Shown here piece by piece: positions 8,789 to 17,648 of a stretch of DNA of 64,000 nt. Each line of letters starts with the position of its first letter. Position 1 is the first letter of the stretch. The DNA comes from a virus: IMG/VR virus record IMGVR_UViG_3300023176_007894, positions 32,001 to 96,000 of that record; one strand, given 5' to 3'. Under the pieces are notes generated by a model. It was not told the DNA's origin and did not search any database. It saw nothing but the letters and a program-made list of their open reading frames with translations. Position numbers and translations under genes: made by a program.

Positions 8789-9831
8789 CAGAAGAACAAA
8801 AACAAATTTTAATTGATAATTCCTCCAAGATATCTGATCTTGCAGCGCTGACAGAGCTTGTTTTTCCTGATAAAAAAGGTTTGGACGGAAGAACAAAGGA
8901 GGGTAGAGCTGTTAGGTCTTTTTTGCTGAGTTCGAAAATATCTTACGATACAAAACATTGTCACCCCAAAGAAGATATTATTCTTGACAAAGATCAAGAG
9001 GTTTTTGTAGAGCAATATTCCAAAGAGGGAATGAACGCTTTTCAAATAGCATCTTTATTGTTTCCTGATTCAACGATAACAGGCACGAGCAAGCAATATG
9101 TTGCCGTTTTAAACTTCATTGAAAGTAATGCTGGATTAACAGTTCATCCATCAGAGGATGCTGTTAATAAAAAATATATTCCTCCAAAAACAGAGGCTAG
9201 AATACTCAAGAAGATAAATGATTGCTGTATCAAGGGTATTGATGAAAAAAAATTGAGCATATCCGATAGAAAAAGCATCGAGTCGCTTGGTTATTTTTTG
9301 GCATCTCCAAGATTTATACAAGTCATCAATAATTATGATTCCCAAGCAGATCGAGATCTTTTTGAAGCCGAGTTTGTTCGGGCAACTTGGGACAAGCCGG
9401 ATTTAACTAGTGACGAAATTAATCTTTATATCAATGTCTGCATGGATTACATTCATTTGAAAAACATTCAAGGGGCAATCAATAAGTTGAATCGAATGTT
9501 TGATGATACTGAAGACCAGCAAGATTTGACCGTAAGGCTCGCAGAGCTGCTAAAGACAAAGAGCGAAGAATACAATCAATGTGAAAAAAGAATGGAGTCA
9601 CTTATTCAAAAGCTTCAAGGCGATCGCTCCAAAAGGATCTCAAACCAGCAAAGACAAAATTCTAGCATACTTGCACTGGTCCAACTTTTCCAAGAAGAGG
9701 AGGAAAGAAAAGTGATGGTCAAAATTGCAGAATTGCAAAAAAAGGCTGCCAAAAAAGAAGCAGACAACCTAGAGTCCATGCCAGACTGGAAGGCTCGAGT
9801 GCTAGGCATATCCAAAGAGGATATAATTTAA
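8779..9831 (+). CDS. Hypothetical protein with C-terminal coiled coil (terminase small subunit candidate)
   Basis: 350 aa ORF upstream of terL; function inferred from position only. Confidence 0.45.
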   Translation: MELTEEQKQILIDNSSKISDLAALTELVFPDKKGLDGRTKEGRAVRSFLLSSKISYDTKHCHPKEDIILDKDQEVFVEQYSKEGMNAFQIASLLFPDSTITGTSKQYVAVLNFIESNAGLTVHPSEDAVNKKYIPPKTEARILKKINDCCIKGIDEKKLSISDRKSIESLGYFLASPRFIQVINNYDSQADRDLFEAEFVRATWDKPDLTSDEINLYINVCMDYIHLKNIQGAINKLNRMFDDTEDQQDLTVRLAELLKTKSEEYNQCEKRMESLIQKLQGDRSKRISNQQRQNSSILALVQLFQEEEERKVMVKIAELQKKAAKKEADNLESMPDWKARVLGISKEDII

Positions 9832-9841
9832 TGCTGCGAAA

Positions 9842-10759
9842 ATGAACTCCTGCAAAATATGTGACAAGAATTTTGATTCCGACAGAAGCTTGCATGGCCA
9901 TCTCAAGAGTCATGGTTTAACTATGGCAGAATATTATACTCAATATTTTCCAAGAAAAAATTTACTTACTGGAGAACCTCTTCCATTTAAAAATAAAGAT
10001 GATTATTTCTCGAGAGACTTTTCCAATAGAACTCAACTCATAAAATGGTGCAATACAGAAAAAGAAGATAAGGTTAAAGATTACATCTTAAAATTATTAT
10101 CAAACAGAATAAAACTAAAAGGCCTTTCGGTTGGCCCGTGTTACTTAGAACTAAAAATTAACAGCTTACCCACTGTAGAAATTTATCAAAAGTTTTTCGG
10201 ATCATATACCGCAGCTTGTAGGGAGTTAAATGTTGAGCCAATGTTTGGAAGTCGCCTGCCTGAAGATTTTAAAACATGTGATGCAAGTGAGCTTGAAATA
10301 TTTATTGATACAAGAGAGCAGCAGCCGTTGAATTTTGCAAAGTCGGAATCTTTAAAGCTAGACTTCGGAGATTATGCAATTGGTGGAGATAATTACAACT
10401 ATACATATATTGACAGAAAAAGCGAGCAAGATTTTAAGTCAACTCTGAGCAAAAACAGTCTCGAGAGGTTTCGCAATGAGTTGCAAAGGGCCAAAGATTT
10501 TGATAGCTATTTATTTATTGTCACCGAAAGTAGTCTTGATAAAATAGCAAAAAACAATCGATGGGGAGCGCATAAATCAAATTTAAAATACATTTATCAT
10601 AATATGAGAGTGCTTAGTCACGAGTTTAATAAGAATTGTCAATTTATTTTTACAGGAAGCAGGGAAAGGTCAGAAGAGCTAATACCTAAAATTTTATTGA
10701 TGGGCAAAAAATTATGGAATGTAGATCTACAACATTATATAGATAGGGAAATAATTTAA
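9842..10759 (+). CDS. C2H2 zinc finger plus ERCC4/XPF-family nuclease
   Basis: CKIC...HLKSH; IDTREQQP, LDFGDY and IDRKSEQD ERCC4 motifs. Confidence 0.8.
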   Translation: MNSCKICDKNFDSDRSLHGHLKSHGLTMAEYYTQYFPRKNLLTGEPLPFKNKDDYFSRDFSNRTQLIKWCNTEKEDKVKDYILKLLSNRIKLKGLSVGPCYLELKINSLPTVEIYQKFFGSYTAACRELNVEPMFGSRLPEDFKTCDASELEIFIDTREQQPLNFAKSESLKLDFGDYAIGGDNYNYTYIDRKSEQDFKSTLSKNSLERFRNELQRAKDFDSYLFIVTESSLDKIAKNNRWGAHKSNLKYIYHNMRVLSHEFNKNCQFIFTGSRERSEELIPKILLMGKKLWNVDLQHYIDREII

Positions 10760-10760
10760 T

Positions 10761-12629
10761 ATGGCATGGGAACAAGGTAATCAATTGTCGCGAAAAGAAT
10801 CGGAGGATTTAAACTCAAAAATTTTATCCATCGAGGGATACATTGAGGAAAGAGAAGCAAAGGTTTTGCTTTATCAGTTTCTGAGGGAGAATATTACTTT
10901 TACTGCAGATTTAATTTCTGGTGTTAAGCTTTTTCCATTTCAACATATGGCAATTAAGGCGATGTTTGAAACAGATTATTTTATGGGCGTATGGAGTCGA
11001 GGAATGAGTAAATCATTCACAACTGCAATATACGCATACCTTGATGCGATACTTAATCAAGGAGTGGAAATTGGCATCTTATCTAAATCCTTTCGTCAAG
11101 CGAAAATGATTTTTAAAAAAATAGAGGATATTGCATCAAAGCCCCAGGCTCATTATTTAAGCCAATGCATTTCTCATAAATCAAAAAGCAATGACGAGTG
11201 GCTACTGGAAATTGGTAGCTCAAAAATTAGAGCATTGCCTTTAGGTGATGGTGAAAAGCTGCGTGGATTTAGGTTTCATAGAATCATTATTGACGAGTTT
11301 GCGCTTATGCCAGAAAGAATATATAATGAGGTTATTATACCGTTCTTGAGTGTGGTAGAAAACCCAACACAAAGAGAAGAGCTTTATAATGTAGAAACAG
11401 ATCTAATTAAGCAAGGAAAGATGAAAGAATCTGAGCGTCATATTTGGCCAAACAATAAATTGATAGCCCTATCATCTGCAAGTTATAAGTTTGAATATAT
11501 GTACAAGGCTTATGAGCAATTTGAAGATTTGATTATGACAGGAGGAACAAAGAAGTCTGATGCCCACAGGGTAATTATGCAATTTAGTTATGACTGCGCC
11601 CCAAAACAGCTATACGACCAAAATTTGATCAATCAAGCTAAATCGACTATGAGTCAAAGTCAGTTCGATAGGGAATTTGGTGCAGTATTTACTGATGATA
11701 GCTCAGGCTATTTTAAGACATCCAAGATGGCAGCATGCACATTAAAAGATGGTGAAATGCCATGCGTTCAGGTAAAAGGAGAAATCAAAGAAAAATACAT
11801 TCTTGCATTTGACCCAAGTTGGGCCGAGAGTGAAAGTAGTGATGACTTCGCGATGCTACTAATACAATTGAATGATGCAAAGAAAATTGGCACCGTAGTG
11901 CATAGCTATGCTTTGTCTGGAGCAAACCTAAAGCAACATATTTTTTACTTTGATTATTTATTAAGTAATTTTAATATTGTAGCTATCATTGGAGACTACA
12001 ATGGTGGTGTGCAATTTATTAATGCTGTAAATGAAAGTAGTTTATTCAAAAAGAAAAACAAAGAAATAAAATGTTTAAATACAAACTTTGATGATATTGA
12101 GCATTACCAAGAAAGATTATCAGAGGGTAAAAGAGAATACAATATTGATAATCATACTATTTGCTATTTAAGAAAACCTACTAGCCAATGGATTCGAAGG
12201 GCAAACGAATTATTGCAATCAAACTTTGATCACAAAAGAATCTTATTTGCTTCAAGAGCTATAGATGATAACTATAACGAGCAAAGAAAAAAGAAGATCC
12301 CAATAAATGAACTTCAGTTTCTGAGAACCTCTCAAAGCATGAGTCAAACAGATCAAGCAAAAATGATTGACTTCGTAGAACATCAATTTGATATGTTAAA
12401 CTTAGTAAAAAGTCAATGTTCATTAATACAGATAACTTCTTCTGCCGCAGGAACTCAAAGTTTTGATCTGCCATCAAATCTCAGAAGGCAAACCGGCCCA
12501 GATAAAGCAAGAAAAGACTCTTATTCAGCTTTGGTGCTGGGCAATTGGATGGTTAAGCTCTACTATGATATGCTTGACGCGAAGGATCAGTCAACATTTC
12601 AAACTTTTACTCCCATGTTTATAAACTGA
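10761..12629 (+). CDS. terL: Terminase large subunit
   Basis: LFPFQ, SRGMSKS Walker A, LRGFR, IIIDE Walker B; nuclease motifs AFDPS and RKDSYSA. Confidence 0.9.
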   Translation: MAWEQGNQLSRKESEDLNSKILSIEGYIEEREAKVLLYQFLRENITFTADLISGVKLFPFQHMAIKAMFETDYFMGVWSRGMSKSFTTAIYAYLDAILNQGVEIGILSKSFRQAKMIFKKIEDIASKPQAHYLSQCISHKSKSNDEWLLEIGSSKIRALPLGDGEKLRGFRFHRIIIDEFALMPERIYNEVIIPFLSVVENPTQREELYNVETDLIKQGKMKESERHIWPNNKLIALSSASYKFEYMYKAYEQFEDLIMTGGTKKSDAHRVIMQFSYDCAPKQLYDQNLINQAKSTMSQSQFDREFGAVFTDDSSGYFKTSKMAACTLKDGEMPCVQVKGEIKEKYILAFDPSWAESESSDDFAMLLIQLNDAKKIGTVVHSYALSGANLKQHIFYFDYLLSNFNIVAIIGDYNGGVQFINAVNESSLFKKKNKEIKCLNTNFDDIEHYQERLSEGKREYNIDNHTICYLRKPTSQWIRRANELLQSNFDHKRILFASRAIDDNYNEQRKKKIPINELQFLRTSQSMSQTDQAKMIDFVEHQFDMLNLVKSQCSLIQITSSAAGTQSFDLPSNLRRQTGPDKARKDSYSALVLGNWMVKLYYDMLDAKDQSTFQTFTPMFIN

Positions 12630-12644
12630 GTGTATTTAAATCAA

Positions 12645-14261
12645 ATGCCACACAAATACAAATATACTACAACGTTTGATAATGTTGTTTATGCTTCAAA
12701 CAATATAGATGATTCGAATGTTAGTCTTGCCTCGATTGAAGCTCTCAGGCCTCTTATTCCAAAAGGAGTTAATCTAGAAAGAAACATAGATTTAATTGGT
12801 GTTGCATTCAACGCCGCAGTGGTCAATAAATTTAATAAAAACGGAGATGGTATTGATAGCGAGGCCGCAGTAAAAATAAAAGACTATTTCATTCATAAGC
12901 CAACAAACATAGAACATAACCGAGAGCAAATTGTAGGTCATATTGTTTCTGCAGGATTTTCAAAATACGACAACTACTCTGAGCTAATGAGCGACGAAGA
13001 AGCATTGGTTTCTGATGGAGCTTATAACATTGCATTGGGTGCAGTAATTTATAAAACAGCTAGTAAAGAATTTGCAGATTTAGTTGTTAATTCAACCAGT
13101 AAAGATAGTGATTTTTATCATACTGTATCTGCAAGCTGGGAAGTCGGTTTTAATGATTATGTAATCGCTGTTGGCAGTAACGACCTTTATGATTCTATTA
13201 TAGTTTCTTCTCCAGAAGAAATCGAACAGTACAATCCGTATTTAAAATCTTTCGGGGGAAGAGGGGTTCTATCCGATGGAAGAACCGTTAATCGACTTAT
13301 CGTGGGCGACATATTCCCACTTGGAATTGGCTTTACGTCAAATCCTGCAGCAGATGTAAAAGGCTTAGTAGTTGAACACAGAGAAGCTCCTGAACGTAAA
13401 GAAGGGCCCAAGGAAAAAATACAGCCTATTGATAAAATCATTACAGAACATGAAAAAATTTCCCAATCTGTTGAAGAAAATGTACTAAACAAAGAAACTG
13501 AAACAAACTTTATTATGGATAAGAACACAATTATTAATGAATTCCGAGCAGCTTTAGATGAAAAGCTTGGCAAGCAAGACTTCTCTGAAGAAGCAGTTGC
13601 TAGCATTTCTAAGGTTTTTAGCGAGGCGATAAAAGAAAAAAGTGACAAGTATATCGCTGACCTTGAAAAAGCCAAAGCTGAAAAAGAAGAAGCTGCAAAA
13701 GCTCAAGCAGCTATTCAAGAAAAAATGGCCGAAGTGGAAGAGCAACTTAAAGCCACTGAAGAAAAGCTTTCCAACCTTGAAGAAGAAAATGCTGCAAGAG
13801 AAGCGGAAGTTCTTTTTAATAATCGCATGGAAGCTTTGGACGAAATCTATGATTTAGACGATGAAGATCGTCAAATCTTAGCATCTGAACTTTCTGAACT
13901 TGATACTTCGGACGATTCTTTCGCAAGCTATCAAGAAAAATTAGCGAAAGTTTGGAAACACAAAAATAAAGAATTCATCTCTGAGCAGGCTCAGGCTTTG
14001 GAAGCAAAAATAGCCGAAGAAGTTGAAAAGCGACTTGCTCAAGTTGAAGAAAAAGTATCTGAAACTTCAGAAGAGGTTGTTGCAGAAGTCTCGCAGGCTT
14101 CCGATCAATCCGAAGAGTCTGATGAGTCTGACGATATCTTAGAGAATATTGAAGTTGAGCAAGCATCTGTTGTGAACAACAACGAATCGTCTTCCGAATC
14201 TGAGTCCCTGAGGGATAGATTCGCAAAAACTTTTAAAGATTCTGTAAACATTTCATTCTAA
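12645..14261 (+). CDS. Prohead protease-scaffold fusion
   Basis: NKNGDG, HKPTNIEH, ASWEV and NPAA protease-like motifs; acidic coiled-coil C-terminal half; lies between terL and capsid genes; start set at ATG 12645 by the GTGTA motif. Confidence 0.75.
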   Translation: MPHKYKYTTTFDNVVYASNNIDDSNVSLASIEALRPLIPKGVNLERNIDLIGVAFNAAVVNKFNKNGDGIDSEAAVKIKDYFIHKPTNIEHNREQIVGHIVSAGFSKYDNYSELMSDEEALVSDGAYNIALGAVIYKTASKEFADLVVNSTSKDSDFYHTVSASWEVGFNDYVIAVGSNDLYDSIIVSSPEEIEQYNPYLKSFGGRGVLSDGRTVNRLIVGDIFPLGIGFTSNPAADVKGLVVEHREAPERKEGPKEKIQPIDKIITEHEKISQSVEENVLNKETETNFIMDKNTIINEFRAALDEKLGKQDFSEEAVASISKVFSEAIKEKSDKYIADLEKAKAEKEEAAKAQAAIQEKMAEVEEQLKATEEKLSNLEEENAAREAEVLFNNRMEALDEIYDLDDEDRQILASELSELDTSDDSFASYQEKLAKVWKHKNKEFISEQAQALEAKIAEEVEKRLAQVEEKVSETSEEVVAEVSQASDQSEESDESDDILENIEVEQASVVNNNESSSESESLRDRFAKTFKDSVNISF

Positions 14262-14280
14262 AAAAAAGAAAGATCTTATT

Positions 14281-14904
14281 ATGGCAAAAAGAATACTACC
14301 ATACCGAGACTACAGCGAACACGACGTTGTTAACTTGTTCTCATTGGAAATTGGAGGCTCGGACACGCTGTCGAGTTTCGTTACAACATCCAGTGGCAAG
14401 TGGGACTCAGGCGTTGTCGTTTCTGTGAGTGCGGGAGCTCTACCAGGTGATATCCCCCAACTTCGCGCATCGGCAGGAAATAATCTCAGAGATTATATGG
14501 GAGCTGATCAATCATCTGCGCATGTTGGATACAACGCATACCCGTACAACGGTATGACAGTAGCCCCTGCTGACGGATCCGGTCGTGCATTAGGAATCAC
14601 ACTTCGTGAAACCTTGGCATTCGACGAAAACGGAGAAAAAATGTTATATTATCCTCAAAAACTTGATGAATCTCAAGGAGTTCTTCCAGGTCAAACAGTT
14701 CCTGTTTTGACAAGGGGACTTGTCCTTTTGGGCGGAGATGCATTTAGTTCTGCTCCTGCTTTAGGTGCCGAGCTTGAAGTTTCTTCTACAGCTGGAAAGC
14801 TTGTTACTGCATCAACTGGAACAGTTGTTGGACATGTTGTGGCTATCGGAGAAGAGAGTGATAATTCTTCTAACAAAAAATATTTGTGCAAACTTAGCTT
14901 CTAA
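14281..14904 (+). CDS. Capsid decoration/cement protein (putative)
   Basis: Directly upstream of the major capsid gene; beta-rich (LGITL...VPVLTRG). Confidence 0.6.
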   Translation: MAKRILPYRDYSEHDVVNLFSLEIGGSDTLSSFVTTSSGKWDSGVVVSVSAGALPGDIPQLRASAGNNLRDYMGADQSSAHVGYNAYPYNGMTVAPADGSGRALGITLRETLAFDENGEKMLYYPQKLDESQGVLPGQTVPVLTRGLVLLGGDAFSSAPALGAELEVSSTAGKLVTASTGTVVGHVVAIGEESDNSSNKKYLCKLSF

Positions 14905-14921
14905 GAAAGGACAATAAAGAA

Positions 14922-16070
14922 ATGAAAATTACTCTTAAACCTACATCCGAGCAAGTCGAGCTTGTTAAAGCTATGGCTTCGAAAAATAGAGAAGTTGCAT
15001 ATGAAGCTCAAACAGCACTGGCTGAATTTATTGGTCCAGTATTGGCCGAAGTTGTAAACACAGCTCCTACGGTTAGCAATATGTTTACTTCTCTTCAGTT
15101 CAATGCAGACGAAAGTCCAAGCATTCCTTTGGATCTTTATCACGATATTACTGATGAAGACTACATCCAAGTATGGAGTCAATCTGTACCAGGAGGACTT
15201 CCTACCAACCAAGTTGCTCCATCGCAAAGCGAGCTTAAGTTCACAACTTATACTCTTGACAGCGCATTGAGCTTTGATAAGCGTTACGCTTCTCGTTCGA
15301 GACTTGATGTTGTTAGTAAAACATTTACCCGTATGGCTCAAGAAATTCTTCTCAAGCAAGAAAAAACTTCGGCCACTATGGTAATGACTGCTTTGGCTAA
15401 CGCTTCCACAAACAGCGAGCAACATGTTATCCGTTCTGCTCAAGCAGGAAGGTTCTTGCTTTCCGACCTCAACAAGCTGTTCACTAAATCCAAAAGGATT
15501 AATTCCGCTTGGAATGGTGGAACTCCAGCTGAAAGACGCGGTCGTGGAATCACAGATCTGCTTGTTTCGCCAGAGATTGTTGAAGAAATCAGAGGATTGG
15601 CTTACAACCCAATCAACACCAAAGGTGCTGATGGAAGTGCTCCATCTGGCAATACTAATGGTTTGGCTGCATCCGACAGCGTTCGTGACGCAGTTTTCAA
15701 TAGCGCAGGAATCCCAGAATTCTATGGAGTATCAATCCAAGAGTACAATGAAATGGGAGATGGCCAAGCATGGAATACTGTATTCTCTGCAGCCGCAGGC
15801 TCAACAACATATGCAGATAATTACTCTGTCGCCCAAAACGGTGGTGCAGCACAGGCAATTCAAGCCGGAGAAGAAATTCTTGTCGGTGTTGACTTGTCTC
15901 GCGAGTCGATGATTCGTGCAGTTGCTACAGACTCCGAAAATGGAGCAGAGTTTAATCTCGTCGCGGATGACCAGTTTGCAACTCGTCAGTCGAAAATCGG
16001 TTATTACGGATCCCTTGAAGAAGGCCGTATGATTATCGACGACAGGGTTCTTCTTGGACTTCTTGTTTAA
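14922..16070 (+). CDS. Major capsid protein (HK97 fold, putative)
   Basis: 382 aa; position after protease and decoration genes; AAAGGA RBS; strong terminator follows. Confidence 0.8.
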   Translation: MKITLKPTSEQVELVKAMASKNREVAYEAQTALAEFIGPVLAEVVNTAPTVSNMFTSLQFNADESPSIPLDLYHDITDEDYIQVWSQSVPGGLPTNQVAPSQSELKFTTYTLDSALSFDKRYASRSRLDVVSKTFTRMAQEILLKQEKTSATMVMTALANASTNSEQHVIRSAQAGRFLLSDLNKLFTKSKRINSAWNGGTPAERRGRGITDLLVSPEIVEEIRGLAYNPINTKGADGSAPSGNTNGLAASDSVRDAVFNSAGIPEFYGVSIQEYNEMGDGQAWNTVFSAAAGSTTYADNYSVAQNGGAAQAIQAGEEILVGVDLSRESMIRAVATDSENGAEFNLVADDQFATRQSKIGYYGSLEEGRMIIDDRVLLGLLV

Positions 16071-16094
16071 TTTTTAATTAAACCAAATCCCCTT

Positions 16095-16131
16095 AAATCC
16101 ACCCTGGGCAACTGGGGTGGATTTTTTATTT
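16095..16131 (+). terminator. Rho-independent terminator after the capsid operon
   Basis: aaatccaccctgg-gcaa-ctggggtggattt hairpin followed by a T-tract. Confidence 0.85.
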
Positions 16132-16177
16132 ACAAATGTTATTATAATGTGTACTAAAATAAAAGGAATAAGGTATT

Positions 16178-16594
16178 ATGGCAAATCAAAAAAAATCGCG
16201 CAAGACTTTGGCTTCGAAGGGCTCGGAAAAAGCTAGCACTCCAAAGCTTGAAGATCTTCAGCAAACTACAGGCAAAAGCTACGAGGATAAAGTAGCTAGA
16301 GCAAAAGAACTGGAAGAAATTCTAGGGATTCCTAAAATAAGCCCATTTAAAACTCATGATCGAGAAGTTTTTGCAAGCATGATCAAAGATATGAATTTAA
16401 CAGATTTACAGGCTTTCGCTGTAAAGGTGGGGATTTTTCCTTCTGGTAATAAAACAATTTTAAGAAATAAAATCAAAAGGGCTTTTGAGTCTAGTTTGGT
16501 TGGACAGGGAAGTGTCCAAGTGATGGGTGATCCAATTAAGTTGGACCCGTCCAATCCAGAACACAAGAAAGTTATTGACTATCTAGGAGGATAA
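16178..16594 (+). CDS. Hypothetical protein (head-associated?)
   Basis: 138 aa; GTGTA motif and SD-like sequence upstream. Confidence 0.65.
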   Translation: MANQKKSRKTLASKGSEKASTPKLEDLQQTTGKSYEDKVARAKELEEILGIPKISPFKTHDREVFASMIKDMNLTDLQAFAVKVGIFPSGNKTILRNKIKRAFESSLVGQGSVQVMGDPIKLDPSNPEHKKVIDYLGG

Positions 16595-16598
16595 AGTT

Positions 16599-17123
16599 AT
16601 GGCTCATGATCCTCATCCAGAAACAATTTTAGGTCAATTGGCATTAAAGATTTACGATGAAGAAATTGGCCAGTATACCCAAGGAACGGAAAGAACAACT
16701 GAAATTGTATTAATTTCTGGATGGCTAGAGGGTCATTTGGGCGAGCTTAATAATTTGATTTATACTTCTTTTAGTGGAGACAACCCGCAAGGCTTTTTAT
16801 TGGAAGAGCAAGCTATTATAAGGGAAATGTATGTTTCCGAATATAATCGAAAGAAAGAGAGGGCTGCCCTTCGAAGAATGGACGGCGAAGGAGATACCAT
16901 CAATTGGCAAACTATACAAGAAGGAGATTCTGTTATTAAAAGGCAAATTGATACATCAAATCCAACCCCAAAGCTCTACCATCAGGCATATCTTGCGTCA
17001 CAAGAAAGAATGAAAGAGCTAATATATGCTTATAACATGTATAAAGCAAGTCCAAGACAAATTGTTGGAAAAGATTCTGATGAAGCCCCAAGCATGACGG
17101 GCATTTATCAAAAAACTGTGTAA
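16599..17123 (+). CDS. Putative head-tail adaptor/completion protein
   Basis: Helical 174 aa protein with IQEGDSVIK motif; position after the capsid gene. Confidence 0.45.
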   Translation: MAHDPHPETILGQLALKIYDEEIGQYTQGTERTTEIVLISGWLEGHLGELNNLIYTSFSGDNPQGFLLEEQAIIREMYVSEYNRKKERAALRRMDGEGDTINWQTIQEGDSVIKRQIDTSNPTPKLYHQAYLASQERMKELIYAYNMYKASPRQIVGKDSDEAPSMTGIYQKTV

Positions 17124-17132
17124 ATATATTGT

Positions 17133-17648
17133 ATGGAAGAAAATGCTAACAATCAAGAATTAGAAAATACATCTAAAAGAATAAAATCCGAGCTATACCA
17201 TATTTGGAAAAAAGCAAAGAGACTGTTTGAACTAATCGGGCAAGACAGAATGCTTGAAGATTGGGTTCAAAAAAATATAAATTCTGCGCACAATAATTTA
17301 GATGAAGCTTTAAGGTTTGTTGAGTATGAAGAAATTTTTCCTCAGAAAAAAAATGAAGACGTTGATCCAGATGAAGGAAAAAATAATTTTCTTTCAAATC
17401 AAGACAAAAGGTATCCAGTTCCTGCCGAATCAGAAAACGGAGATCAATTTATCACTCGTTGCATATTAGATGCAAATATGAAAAAACGATACCCTGTCCA
17501 GTCTGATAGGTTCAACGCTTGTATGGTAATTTATACAGAAAATAAAAATAAACCTTCAGATACCGGAAATCCTGGAGAAAAATTCGAAGACCCTATGTCT
17601 TCAAAAGAGCCCGAAATTAAAGATCCGATTAAGCCAATTCTTCCTTAA
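17133..17648 (+). CDS. Modular hypothetical protein (LEDWVQ module plus P-P-E-F-RC module)
   Basis: Shares modules with ORFs 5978-6133 and 36874-38301. Confidence 0.65.
   Translation: MEENANNQELENTSKRIKSELYHIWKKAKRLFELIGQDRMLEDWVQKNINSAHNNLDEALRFVEYEEIFPQKKNEDVDPDEGKNNFLSNQDKRYPVPAESENGDQFITRCILDANMKKRYPVQSDRFNACMVIYTENKNKPSDTGNPGEKFEDPMSSKEPEIKDPIKPILP

Noticed and set aside
12630-12644. ORF-track starts at 12630, 27436, 47931, 48000, 24637, 22702, 23858 and 33134
   Set aside because: These extensions run through promoter motifs or upstream genes; downstream ATGs fit promoter spacing or stop/start coupling better
14901-15912. Long overlapping alternative-frame ORFs (14901-15443, 15424-15912 and similar ones elsewhere)
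   Set aside because: Shadow ORFs of well-supported genes, with no motifs or expression signals
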